A stretch of 64,000 nt of DNA from Capsulimonadaceae bacterium (GCA_965215505.1 OZ244065.1:4608001-4672000), one strand, 5' to 3'. Shown: positions 18,031 through 27,089, numbered from the stretch's first letter. Notes: a model not told the origin generated them from the sequence alone. Program-made: numbers and translations.

Positions 18031-18862
18031 GCCGCCTGAACGTCGCGGCGAAATGCTGGGACGACGAGAACCCGAGTTCCAGGGCCAGGTCGGTGACGGC
18101 GATGTCGCTGCCGGTCAGCATCCCCTGGGCCAGACGGACGCGCACGGCGAGCAGGTAACGGTGGGGGGAGACGCCCACTTCGCGGGTGAAGCACTCGACC
18201 AGGTGGTGCGCCGATACGCCCGCCAGACGGGCCAGGTCGGGCAGCCGCCAGGGGCGCTCGGGCTGATGGTCCAATAGCTCTTTGGCCCGTCGGACGGCGG
18301 GGTGGCGCAGGGTCAGCGAATGAGTTTCGCCCGGCGCGGGCGTCTCCGCCAGCCGGGCGGCTTCCAGGACGACGGCGTCCAGGGCGAGCCGGATGCCCGA
18401 AGTGCGGTGGGGCAGGGCCAGGGAGACCTCCCGGATGAGCTGCCGGAAGGGGGCCGTCAGGGCCTCGCCGCGTGGACGGAAGATAGGGGTGTCCCGTTGC
18501 CAGGCGGAGGCGAGTGCGGGCAGACGCGCGCAGACGGCGGCGAGATCAACAGCGGCGAAGAAGAAGTGGTGCTTGTCGTCGGGCCGGTCGTGCATCCGGT
18601 GCGGGACGTGGGGCGGGGCGGCGAAGAACGCGCCGGGCGTCAGCGTGTAGGTTTCGCCCGGAGCGTCCCAGCGGCTCTCGCCGCTGATTTGGAGGTAGAA
18701 CTCCCAGACGGCGTGGCTGTGGCTAGGGATGAACAGCCGCCGCGAGGCCCACTGCTCGCCGATGTGCGCCAGTTCGGGCACGTCGGCGTCCGGCCGGTCC
18801 GCGTGGAAGCCTGCCAGCACATCGGGCGGGTGCCCATAATGGGTGAGTGGATTTGTGGGCAT
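17969..18862 (-). CDS. AraC family transcriptional regulator
   Basis: Cupin HSHAVWE..H; C-terminal LARLAGVS..HL..F..EVGVSP..Y and LGFSSSQHFAATFRR. Confidence 0.92.
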   Translation of the reverse strand: MPTNPLTHYGHPPDVLAGFHADRPDADVPELAHIGEQWASRRLFIPSHSHAVWEFYLQISGESRWDAPGETYTLTPGAFFAAPPHVPHRMHDRPDDKHHFFFAAVDLAAVCARLPALASAWQRDTPIFRPRGEALTAPFRQLIREVSLALPHRTSGIRLALDAVVLEAARLAETPAPGETHSLTLRHPAVRRAKELLDHQPERPWRLPDLARLAGVSAHHLVECFTREVGVSPHRYLLAVRVRLAQGMLTGSDIAVTDLALELGFSSSQHFAATFRRLTGETAQGYRGRQHGVSEKA

Positions 18863-18935
18863 CTGCCGAAGATTCCATACATTCGCCCGAAACTCCTGCA
18901 ATCGCGTTCGCCCGCCCAGCGCGTACAATGAGGGC

Positions 18936-19793
18936 ATGACACTCACCCCAGACCAGGCGGCGCTGCTGCCCACCGACGACGAAGTCCGCCTCTACCGCGA
19001 GCGCGGCTTTTACCTGTCCCGCCCCCTCTTCACCGAGGAGGAGATTGACGTTGCCAAAAACGGCAGCGAGCGGTTCTACGCCCGCGACCTGGACGACCCC
19101 CCCTTCGCGATGCCGGACCGGTGGCGGCCCACCGGCGAGTACGGGGACGGCCTGCGGAAGCACGACTACGCCTCGTTCTTCAGCCACGGCCTGAGCGCCC
19201 TAATCCACCACCCCCTGCTCGCCGCCGTCGCCGCCCGGCTGGCCGATACTCCCGAGGTGCGGCTGTGGCATGACCAGCTCCTTTACAAGCCCACCGACAA
19301 CCCCGACAAGAAGGCAAACGTCGGCTGGCACACCGACCGGGGCTACTGGAAGACCTGCTCCTCGCCGAACATGCTGACCGCCTGGATACCGTTCCACGAC
19401 TGCGACGAGGAACACGGCACGATCACCATGATCGAGGGCAGCCAGCATTGGCCGGACAACACCCAGACCCTGAACTTCTTCAGCAGTGACCTGGAGGGCC
19501 TGGAAAAGCGGTTCGACACGGGCGGTAAGCCGGTCGTCAAGGTGCCGATGAACATGACGAAGGGCCAGGTCAGTTTTCATCACTGCCTGACGATCCACGG
19601 CAGCGGCCCCAACCGCCGCCCGGACCCGCGCCGCGCCATCGCCGTCCACTTGCAGGACAGGCCGAACCACTGGCAGGAATACCACTTCCCCGACGGTCGC
19701 CTGGGCCACCACGACAACGACGACCTGTGCCGCAAGGCGGACGGCATCCCCGACTACACCGACCCGAACATCTGCCCGACGCTCTACCCATAA
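18936..19793 (+). CDS. Phytanoyl-CoA dioxygenase (PhyH) family Fe(II)/2OG enzyme
   Basis: WHTD...IHGSGPN...RRA facial triad pattern. Confidence 0.9.
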   Translation: MTLTPDQAALLPTDDEVRLYRERGFYLSRPLFTEEEIDVAKNGSERFYARDLDDPPFAMPDRWRPTGEYGDGLRKHDYASFFSHGLSALIHHPLLAAVAARLADTPEVRLWHDQLLYKPTDNPDKKANVGWHTDRGYWKTCSSPNMLTAWIPFHDCDEEHGTITMIEGSQHWPDNTQTLNFFSSDLEGLEKRFDTGGKPVVKVPMNMTKGQVSFHHCLTIHGSGPNRRPDPRRAIAVHLQDRPNHWQEYHFPDGRLGHHDNDDLCRKADGIPDYTDPNICPTLYP

Positions 19794-19818
19794 GGCTTGC
19801 GAATAAAGGACTCCGACC

Positions 19819-20613
19819 ATGACACTCCAGCCGACAATCACGCTCACCGAGGAGCAGATCGCGTTCTACCACGCGAACGGCTTCCTCGCCATCGACTCCA
19901 TCACGACCTCCGAAGAGATCGAGCGCCTGCGCGGCGTCTACGACCGCCTGTTCGAGCAGCGGGCCGGACGCGCCGAGGGCAACCAGTTCGACCTGGCCGG
20001 GACGGACGAGGAGGGAAAGCCAGCCGCCCTGCCGCAGATCCTCGGCCCGCGCAAGTACGCGCCGGAACTCGCCGAGACGGTGTACGAGGCGAACGCCCGC
20101 GCCATCTCGGAGCAGCTCTTGGGGCCGGGCCTCGCGTTCACGGGCGACCACGCTATCTTCAAACCCGCCGGGGTGGGTGCCCCGACGCCGTGGCATCAGG
20201 ACGAGGCGTATTGGGACCCCAACCTAGACTACCACTCCCTGAGTGTCTGGATGCCTTTGCAGGAGGCGACACTGGAAAACGGCTGCATGGTCTTCCTGCC
20301 GGGCAGCCACAAGCAGGAGATCACGCCGCATCACAGTATCGGTGGCGACCCGCGCGTCCACGGGCTGGAGATGCTGGACGCCGTGAACGAGGCGGAGGCC
20401 GTCGCCTGCCCCCTGCCGCCGGGCGGCGCGACCTTCCACGACGCGCGCACGATGCACTTCACCGGCGCGAACCGCTCCGCCGTCCCGCGCCGCGCCTACA
20501 TCATCGGCTTCGGCCGGCCCGCGACGCCGCGCGCCGAGGCCCGCTCCTTCCCCTGGAACGAGGCCAAGCGGACCGCCCGCGACGCGCGCAGCCGGGCGGC
20601 GGGCAAGGCATGA
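19819..20613 (+). CDS. PhyH family Fe(II)/2OG dioxygenase
   Basis: TPWHQD, ENGCM, MHFTGANRS..RRAY. Confidence 0.9.
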   Translation: MTLQPTITLTEEQIAFYHANGFLAIDSITTSEEIERLRGVYDRLFEQRAGRAEGNQFDLAGTDEEGKPAALPQILGPRKYAPELAETVYEANARAISEQLLGPGLAFTGDHAIFKPAGVGAPTPWHQDEAYWDPNLDYHSLSVWMPLQEATLENGCMVFLPGSHKQEITPHHSIGGDPRVHGLEMLDAVNEAEAVACPLPPGGATFHDARTMHFTGANRSAVPRRAYIIGFGRPATPRAEARSFPWNEAKRTARDARSRAAGKA

Positions 20614-20755
20614 ACCGGCACTGGAAGTGCCGGTCTACTCTTGTGTGAAAACCCCTACGGGTTGAAGACAAGTGTGAAGACTAACGGCAGGTGGCTTGTC
20701 TGTGGTCGCGGAGCGACTTTCATTCCAGAGTGGGCCGGCACTTCCAGTGCCGGTT
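20613..20755. repeat. REPIN-like doublet (29-bp inverted arms)
   Basis: 20613-20641 and 20727-20755 are reverse complements with 2 mismatches. Each arm is GTRG-RCCGGCAC-TTCCA-GTGCCGGT. Confidence 0.8.
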
Positions 20756-20772
20756 GCGACCGTCGCCGGCTC

Positions 20773-20967
20773 TCAGGCGCGGAAGGCGGCGAGCAGCCTG
20801 AGCAGGTCACGCGCCGTGAGGTCCACGACCCTGGTCTCGGCGTCTATCCCTGCCGGCAAGGCTAGGGAGGCGCGGGACTGAAGTGGGGTGGGTTCGGGCT
20901 GTGGGGGGCCGGGCGGGGCGGCGGCCACCGTGTCAGGCTCTGGGTCTGCTTTCCGTTTGCGCGCCAT
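20773..20967 (-). CDS. 64-aa protein sharing the N-terminal motif of the adjacent KD-repeat protein
   Basis: AAAGGA RBS. IDAETRVVDLTARDLLRLL aligns with VDMNAKVGDMTVRQLSDIL in 21043-21678. Confidence 0.7.
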   Translation of the reverse strand: MARKRKADPEPDTVAAAPPGPPQPEPTPLQSRASLALPAGIDAETRVVDLTARDLLRLLAAFRA

Positions 20968-20994
20968 GAGGGATTGTCCTTTCTCGGAGATCCT

Positions 20995-21032
20995 GGCGGC
21001 CATCCTATCCCTTACGGGGAAGGATGGCCGCC
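20995..21032 (-). terminator. Stem-loop after the KD-repeat gene (transcript stabiliser or partial terminator)
   Basis: GGCGGCCATCCT...AGGATGGCCGCC, 12-bp stem, no clear U-tract. Confidence 0.55.
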
Positions 21033-21042
21033 CGGCGGTGCA

Positions 21043-21678
21043 TCAGCTTCCTCCGCCCTGGCCGCCACCTTGCTGGAGGGCGGCGACCTGCTGCTCCAGG
21101 CCGGTGACGCGCTGGATGAGCTGGTCAATGCCCTGCGCGGGGTCGCCCGGATCGGTGGGGATGTTACCCTCGGCCAGCTCCTTCTCGTTTTTGAGGACTT
21201 CGGACGCGATCGCCTTCTGCTCGATGAGCTGATTTTTGTCCTGGACGCGATCCTTGATGTTGTCCTTGATGCCGTCCTTGATTGTGTCCTTGTGGTCCTT
21301 ATGGCCATCCTTGATGTGGTCCTTAAGGTCTTTGTGCTCTTTGTTGTCCTTGCCGTCCTTGCCGTCTTTTTGTTCTTTGTGTTCCTTGTTGTCCTTGGTG
21401 TCTTTGGTGTCCTTGGTGTCCTTGTGGTCTTTGTTGTCCTTGCCGTCCTTGTGATCCTTAACGAACTCTTTGACCGGCTCCTTGATGCTCTCCTTGGCCT
21501 GCTCCTTGATGATCTGCTTCTCGAACACCTGCTTCTCTTGGACTTCTTTGGCCTTCCGGGGCGCGCTGCTGCCCAGGATGTCGGAAAGCTGGCGCACGGT
21601 CATATCGCCGACTTTGGCGTTCATGTCAACGGTCAGGTCGGGGCGGCTCTCGCCGCCGATGAAAGGCTCGTCTGCCAT
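21043..21678 (-). CDS. Lys-Asp/Glu repeat protein; putative ATP-grasp substrate / RiPP precursor
   Basis: AGGAG RBS; 211 aa; 15 consecutive K[DE]x triplets flanked by K[DE]xx units; C-terminal heptad helix. Confidence 0.85.
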   Translation of the reverse strand: MADEPFIGGESRPDLTVDMNAKVGDMTVRQLSDILGSSAPRKAKEVQEKQVFEKQIIKEQAKESIKEPVKEFVKDHKDGKDNKDHKDTKDTKDTKDNKEHKEQKDGKDGKDNKEHKDLKDHIKDGHKDHKDTIKDGIKDNIKDRVQDKNQLIEQKAIASEVLKNEKELAEGNIPTDPGDPAQGIDQLIQRVTGLEQQVAALQQGGGQGGGS

Positions 21679-21767
21679 CGTGGTTTTCTCCTGCCGGCGG
21701 TCATCGCCGGCGCTGTGAGTGGGTCGTGCTTGGGGAGACCGGCAGAAGGCCGGTCGGACCGGCCCGA

Positions 21768-22727
21768 TTACCGGTCGTGCGTCTTTCCGTCAGCCCCCTC
21801 CAGGCTGCCGCGCAGTAGGTGGGCCACCGCCTCGCTGATGGGCTGGCCCGTGTTGCTCTCGTAGAAGATGAAGCCGGGGGACGGGTTGACCTCGAAGCAG
21901 TAGTAGCGCCCATCCGGGGTCCGCCGCAGGTCTACGCCCGAAAGGTGCAGGCCCAGGGCGCGCGCCATCCCTACACACGCCTGCGCCACCGCTTCGGGAA
22001 TCTCGGTCTCCTCCAAGGTGATCGCCGCGCCCTCGCGGCGCGCGTAGCGGTAGTCATTGGCCTCGGAGTGTATCTCCGTGGGGAAGACGCGGTCGCCGAC
22101 GGTGTGGACCCGGATGTCCACGCCCTCGACGCGCTCCTGGAACTGGGTCGGGCAGTTGCGGACGCGCTCCAGGCGCTCCCCCAGATCCTCATCGGTCAGG
22201 CGATGCACGATGGATCGGACTCCGGAAAGCGACTTGTAGATGACGTCCCCGCCCCGCGCCTCGTAGAAGGCGCGGGCCGCCTCGGGGTCGGTCGTCGCCA
22301 ATGTCCGGGGCGTGAGCAGGCCGAACTGCTCGGCGAGGAACCCCTGGTAGATCTTGGAGTCGTTGCTGACCGAGGTTCCCGCCCGGTTGACGACGGTGCA
22401 GGGCAGGATTTCCAGAAGCTGCATCAGCGAGAGCTGGTACTCGGCCTCCGCCATCTGCTTCTCCATCTCGGAGAACTCCGGCCGCTCCGCCCCGCCCTTG
22501 AAGCTGACATAGCGGGCATAAACCCCGGTCAGTTCCGACAGGTCCAGGGTGCCTGCCGGGGATGTGATGCTGCCCCGGACGCCGCCCGCCCCGAGCTCCC
22601 AGGTGAGGTCGTAGCGGCCCGGATACTGGGCCTGGTCGAGAAACAGGTAGGGGTAGCCCATGTCGTCCAGGCGGGAACACATCAGCTCGGTCATGGCGTC
22701 TGCCAAGACGCCGCAGATGAGAATCAT
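21768..22727 (-). CDS. ATP-grasp ligase, RimK/MvdC-MvdD-like, motifs intact
   Basis: NDSKIYQ, PRTLATTDPEAARAF, VIYKSLSG, PTQFQERV..DIRVHTVG, DYRY, GVDLRR, CFEVNPSPGF. ATGA-coupled to the upstream gene. Confidence 0.92.
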   Translation of the reverse strand: MILICGVLADAMTELMCSRLDDMGYPYLFLDQAQYPGRYDLTWELGAGGVRGSITSPAGTLDLSELTGVYARYVSFKGGAERPEFSEMEKQMAEAEYQLSLMQLLEILPCTVVNRAGTSVSNDSKIYQGFLAEQFGLLTPRTLATTDPEAARAFYEARGGDVIYKSLSGVRSIVHRLTDEDLGERLERVRNCPTQFQERVEGVDIRVHTVGDRVFPTEIHSEANDYRYARREGAAITLEETEIPEAVAQACVGMARALGLHLSGVDLRRTPDGRYYCFEVNPSPGFIFYESNTGQPISEAVAHLLRGSLEGADGKTHDR

Positions 22728-23638
22728 GCACAGCCCCTTTCCTGCCCATCCGGGCCTGTGAGAAGCGCGGCCAGGCGCTCGACGATCTCCGCCTGGGCCG
22801 CCGGGCCGCAGGCATAAAGCTGCGGGACGCGGTCCAGGCCCAGGCAGTGCCACTCGTCCCCTGCTCCGACCGCCAATGAGAGCCGGAAGAAGGCCAGCCC
22901 CAGGCGCGTCCCGACCCGGACGCAGCGGTCGGCCAGGCCGGAGGGCGGCGTCCCGCACACCGCGCCGTCCGGGCCGACCAGCGTGACCCGTCCGCCGACG
23001 ACGAACGCCTCACACCGCCGACCAGCGACCTCCTCGGTCAGATGCAGCGGCAGGGCACCGTTCAGGGCGAGCAGCTTCTCGAATTCTTCTTCACCCTGGA
23101 TAGGGTAGGGGGAGGATCCGCTCAGGGCGGTATAGGTGACGGTCCCGGACACCCTTCGTCGGAAGCTGCGCGCCGCGTCCGGCGATGTCGTCACCAGCGT
23201 TCGGGGACGTGCGAAGGGCAGGTCGGGCACGAGGGCGGCCAGCGCGGGGGCGTTGAGGGAGGTCTTGTACCACAGGTCGGGCCGGAGGCGGTTGATGACG
23301 GGGCAGGCCGAGGTCCGGCCGGGGCTGTTCAGCCAGGCCATCCACAGTGCGTTCCACTCGGAGCAGACATACCGCCCGTCCGCCGTCCCGAAGTCCTCGG
23401 CGGGGAGGGGGATGCCGTAGAACCGGTACAGGACGCCGTCTATCTCGGAGAACGATACGTCCCGCCCTTCAAAACAGATGCGGCCCGCGCCGTCGGCGGG
23501 GGTCCAGGCGAACTCCATCTGCGGCAGGAGCTTGTCTTCGGGCAGGAACAGCGTCTCCCGCCCGCCCCGCGCCAGCCGTTCGAGTGTCCCCTGGCAGCAG
23601 AGGTCTTCCGTCCGGCCCAGAATCAGGATCACACCCAT
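22724..23638 (-). CDS. ATP-grasp-fold protein with degenerate catalytic motifs
   Basis: Same architecture (IDGVLYR, CPVINR, PRTLVTTSPDAARSF), but YTALSG, LTEEV and CLGLDRVP replace YKSLSG, FQERV and FEVNPSP. AAAGGAG RBS. Confidence 0.82.
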   Translation of the reverse strand: MGVILILGRTEDLCCQGTLERLARGGRETLFLPEDKLLPQMEFAWTPADGAGRICFEGRDVSFSEIDGVLYRFYGIPLPAEDFGTADGRYVCSEWNALWMAWLNSPGRTSACPVINRLRPDLWYKTSLNAPALAALVPDLPFARPRTLVTTSPDAARSFRRRVSGTVTYTALSGSSPYPIQGEEEFEKLLALNGALPLHLTEEVAGRRCEAFVVGGRVTLVGPDGAVCGTPPSGLADRCVRVGTRLGLAFFRLSLAVGAGDEWHCLGLDRVPQLYACGPAAQAEIVERLAALLTGPDGQERGCA

Positions 23639-23758
23639 CAGGTCTCCTTTGCGCGGCCCGCTTCGGCGGCGACCAGGAACGAAGAGCAAAAGAACGAACA
23701 AAAACAGAAAGGGAAGTACATTCGCGGCGAGAGTGCTTACAGGAAACCGGAACAGAGC

Positions 23759-23788
23759 AGTGTAGCATACAAGCGGGGGAGTTGTCAA
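23759..23788 (-). promoter_or_regulatory. Sigma70-type promoter of the ATP-grasp operon
   Basis: Minus strand TTGACA-18 bp-TACACT with TGn extension, about 120 nt upstream of the start. Confidence 0.65.
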
Positions 23789-23829
23789 GCCGGAACCGGA
23801 GTTGAGGACTGTGTCCGAAGAGGGGACGG

Positions 23830-23853
23830 GTAGGGGCGCGATTCATCGCGCCC
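23830..23853 (+). repeat. GTAG-type REP
   Basis: GTAGGGGCGCGATTCATCGCGCCC, identical to 47362-47385. Confidence 0.85.
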
Positions 23854-23938
23854 TTGGTCATCATCGCGCCCTCTCCTAATGCCAGTCTATAATCCATGCT
23901 ATAATACAGAAGGCCAAACGCGCAAGGATCAACCCGCC

Positions 23939-24733
23939 ATGCTGCAACACGAACAAGAACAGTCCTCTGAAACGCCCGCCGCCCAGACCCCCGCCGCCCA
24001 GATCCGCGTCACGTCGGAGGAGCTGGCCCAGGCGATCAACGCCCTGGAAGCCAGTAGGGATGAGGCCGCCCGCCATCTGGCCGGGACGGTCCCCATCGGC
24101 GAGGTGGTGAAGGAACTCAAGCTGGAAGCGACGCCCGAGGAGATCTGGGCGCAGGTGCAGCGCCAGCGCGCCCGCAAGGCGGCGGACGAGGCCGCCGCGC
24201 AGGCCGCCGCGATCCAGAAGGAGCAGGCGAACGCCACGCAGAAGGAGCAGGCGAACGCGGCCCAGGCCGTCGCCGCCGCGCAGGCGGCTGCCGCCCAGGC
24301 CGTCGCCGCCGCCCGGTCCGCCGCCCAGTCGGCGCAGGCCGGCGCACAGGTGTATGCGCGCCCGAAACGCCGTGGGCGGTGGTGGGCACCTCTCGGGATC
24401 GGCCTGCTGATCTACGCCGGGGTCCACGGGAGTCAGGTGCGTATCCATACTCCCGCAAACACTCCGGGGGTAATCACCGGGTACAACCGGACGCTGACCT
24501 TCAGCACGCAGGGCAAGAACGTGGAAGTGGCCGGCGGCAAGGATACAGTCACTTTGCGGGGGGACTGCCCGACGCTGATAATCACGGGGGATGATAACCA
24601 CATCCGTATCGTCGGCACCGTCGGGCGGGTCATCGCCACCGGTGACAACAACTCGGTCGTCTACACCCAGGGCAATGAACCTACGCTCATCGGGACGGGC
24701 GTCGGGAACCACGTCGCCCCGAGCAAGCCGTAG
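23939..24733 (+). CDS. Membrane protein with Ala/Gln coiled coil and a DUF3060-like beta-repeat C-terminus
   Basis: One TM helix, then V.G..D.V...GDC..L.ITGDDN.I...G.V..V..TGDNNSV repeats. Confidence 0.7.
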   Translation: MLQHEQEQSSETPAAQTPAAQIRVTSEELAQAINALEASRDEAARHLAGTVPIGEVVKELKLEATPEEIWAQVQRQRARKAADEAAAQAAAIQKEQANATQKEQANAAQAVAAAQAAAAQAVAAARSAAQSAQAGAQVYARPKRRGRWWAPLGIGLLIYAGVHGSQVRIHTPANTPGVITGYNRTLTFSTQGKNVEVAGGKDTVTLRGDCPTLIITGDDNHIRIVGTVGRVIATGDNNSVVYTQGNEPTLIGTGVGNHVAPSKP

Positions 24734-24769
24734 CCAAAAATCGGGCGGTTTGAGGTATAATAGGGCGAT

Positions 24770-26599
24770 ATGTCTCAAACTGTAACACAAGACCACCTCC
24801 GGAATATCGCGATCATCGCGCACGTTGACCACGGCAAGACCACCCTCGTGGACGGGATGCTGAAGCAGGGCGGCGTCTTCCGCGCCAATCAGGCCGTCGC
24901 CGACCGCGTCATGGACAAGATGGACCTGGAGCGCGAGCGCGGCATCACCATCGTCTCCAAGCACACCGCGATCACCTACGAAGACATCAAGATCAATATC
25001 GTGGACACGCCCGGCCATGCTGACTTCGGCGGCGAGGTCGAGCGCGTGATGAGCCTTGTGGACGGCGTCCTGCTGCTGATTGATGCCGTCGAAGGCCCCA
25101 TGCCGCAGACCCGGTTCGTGCTGTCCAAGGCCCTCCAGGCCGGACACAAGGCCGTCGTCGTCGTCAACAAGATAGACCGCCCGATGGCGCGGCTGGACTA
25201 TGTGGTGGACCAGACCTTCGACCTCTTCGCCGCCCTAGGCGCGACCGAGGAGCAGCTCGACTTCCCCATCGTCTACACCATCGCCCTGCAAGGCACCGCG
25301 ACACTGGACCCGGAGACGCCCGGCGTGGACCTCCTGCCGCTGTTTAAAACCATCGTCAGCCACATCCCGCCCCCCACGGGCGACCCCAACGCCCCCTTGC
25401 AGCTCCGGGCGACGACGCTGGATTATGACGACTACAAGGGCCGCATCGCCATCGGGCGCGTCAATTCCGGCACGGTCAAGAGCGCCCAGAACATCACGGT
25501 CATCAACCGCGAAGGGATCAACATTCCCGGCAAGCTAGCCCAAGTCTTCATCTACCAGGGCCTGAACCGAGTCGAGGTCGAACAGGCCGAGGCAGGCGAG
25601 ATCGTCGCCATTTCCGGCCTGCCCGATGTCAACATCGGCGAGACCATCGCCTCGCGCGAAAGCCCGGTCGCCCTGCCCATCATGCAGGTGGACGAGCCGA
25701 CCCTGCGGATGACCTTCGGCGTCAACACCTCCCCGCTGACCGGGCGCGAGGGCCAGTGGTCCACGTCCCGCAAGCTGCGCGAGCGGCTGATGAAGGAACT
25801 CCAGACCAACGTCGCCCTGCGCGTCGAGGACACGGACTCGGCGGACCAGTTCAGCGTCTCGGGCCGGGGCGAGCTTCACCTGGCCGTCCTGATCGAGACC
25901 ATGCGGCGCGAGGGCTATGAGCTTCAGGTCTCGCAGCCTGAGGTCATCTTCCACGAGGAGGACGGACAGCGCATGGAGCCGCTGGAAGAAGTCGAGATTG
26001 ATGTCGCCGAGGAATACAGCGGCGTGGTCATCGAGCAGCTAGGGCGGCGGCGCGGCGACATGCTGGACATGAGATCGCCCGGTGACGGTCACGTCTACAT
26101 GCGTTTCAAGGTGCCGACGCGCGGCCTGCTCGGCTTCCGCAACCAGTTCCTTACCGAGACGCGCGGTACGGGCGTCTTGAACTCCTTGTTCGCGGGCTAC
26201 ATCGCCTACACCGGTGACATGACGACCGAGCGCAACGGCAGCCTGCTGGCAAGCGAGTCGGGGATCACGACGACCTTCGGCCTGGCCGCCGCCGAGGAGC
26301 GTGGCATCCTGTTCGTCCCGCACAACATCGAAGTCTACGAAGGCATGATCATCGGCAAGAACGCCCGCGATACGGACCTGGAAGTCAATGTCTGCCGCAA
26401 GAAGCACCTGACCTCCATGCGCGAGTCCAACAAAGAAACATTCATGCGACTGGCCCCGCCGACCGTCATGTCCCTGGACCGGGCCATCGAGTACATCGGC
26501 CCCGACGAACTCGTGGAAGTGACCCCCAAAAACATCCGCATGCGGAAGCGCGAGCTGAACCCCGACCTGCGCCGCCGCGCGACGAAGGCGGGGAAGTAG
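24770..26599 (+). CDS. typA: Translational GTPase TypA/BipA
   Basis: [64 protein letters not shown]. Confidence 0.97.
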   Translation: MSQTVTQDHLRNIAIIAHVDHGKTTLVDGMLKQGGVFRANQAVADRVMDKMDLERERGITIVSKHTAITYEDIKINIVDTPGHADFGGEVERVMSLVDGVLLLIDAVEGPMPQTRFVLSKALQAGHKAVVVVNKIDRPMARLDYVVDQTFDLFAALGATEEQLDFPIVYTIALQGTATLDPETPGVDLLPLFKTIVSHIPPPTGDPNAPLQLRATTLDYDDYKGRIAIGRVNSGTVKSAQNITVINREGINIPGKLAQVFIYQGLNRVEVEQAEAGEIVAISGLPDVNIGETIASRESPVALPIMQVDEPTLRMTFGVNTSPLTGREGQWSTSRKLRERLMKELQTNVALRVEDTDSADQFSVSGRGELHLAVLIETMRREGYELQVSQPEVIFHEEDGQRMEPLEEVEIDVAEEYSGVVIEQLGRRRGDMLDMRSPGDGHVYMRFKVPTRGLLGFRNQFLTETRGTGVLNSLFAGYIAYTGDMTTERNGSLLASESGITTTFGLAAAEERGILFVPHNIEVYEGMIIGKNARDTDLEVNVCRKKHLTSMRESNKETFMRLAPPTVMSLDRAIEYIGPDELVEVTPKNIRMRKRELNPDLRRRATKAGK

Positions 26600-26634
26600 G
26601 CGAGAGGGAAAAGACAGGGCGCGATTAGACAGAG

Positions 26635-26670
26635 AAAGACCGCCCCGGCCATTGGCCGGGGCGGTCTTTT
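26635..26670 (+). terminator. Intrinsic terminator of typA
   Basis: AAAGACCGCCCCGGCC-ATT-GGCCGGGGCGGTCTTTT. Confidence 0.85.
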
Positions 26671-27044
26671 TAGCGGATGGGTAGCGAAGGGCAGGGGGGA
26701 GAAGGCGAACGGGGAGAGGAAGGGCGAACACAAGGTTCGCCCCTACCGGGTGTGGCAGGAGCGGTGGCCGTGTCCTCGCCGGTAAGACAGATGATGCCAT
26801 GCAAATGATTAGGCATCATAATGAAGGCATCTGTCGCAAGAAAAGGGAAGCGGTCCGATAGATGTTCCCAATTTTCCTGTACCATGCCGCCTGCCGCGTT
26901 CAGCCGCATCTGACCATCATAGATCTCGCCGAACAGACATTGGCGTTGGTGCAAACAGATGGTGATGAAGTAAACGCCTTCTTGCGCGTAATCGTATCCT
27001 TCAAGGCGCTGGCTGCTTCGGTGCCACTCCCGGTACGTCGGCAT
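26670..27044 (-). mobile_element. Truncated REP-associated tyrosine transposase (RAYT, IS200/Y1 HUH superfamily)
   Basis: RLEGYDYAQEGVYFITIC...FIMMPNHLHGII with HUH motif; GGAGG RBS. Runs into a REP and lacks the C-terminal catalytic Tyr half. Confidence 0.85.
26722..26746 (-). repeat. GTAG-type REP at the RAYT 3' end
   Basis: Reverse complement of GTAGGGGCGAACCTTGTGTTCGCCC. Confidence 0.9.
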
Positions 27045-27089
27045 TCCACGGACCTCCATGTTTCTTGGCGCTCTCGCCAGTTCCTCCCC

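Noticed and set aside
20974-21864. 296-aa hydrophobic plus-strand ORF (VLAVL repeats) that looks like a membrane protein
   Set aside because: It is the antisense shadow of the KD-repeat gene, which has the RBS and the operon context.
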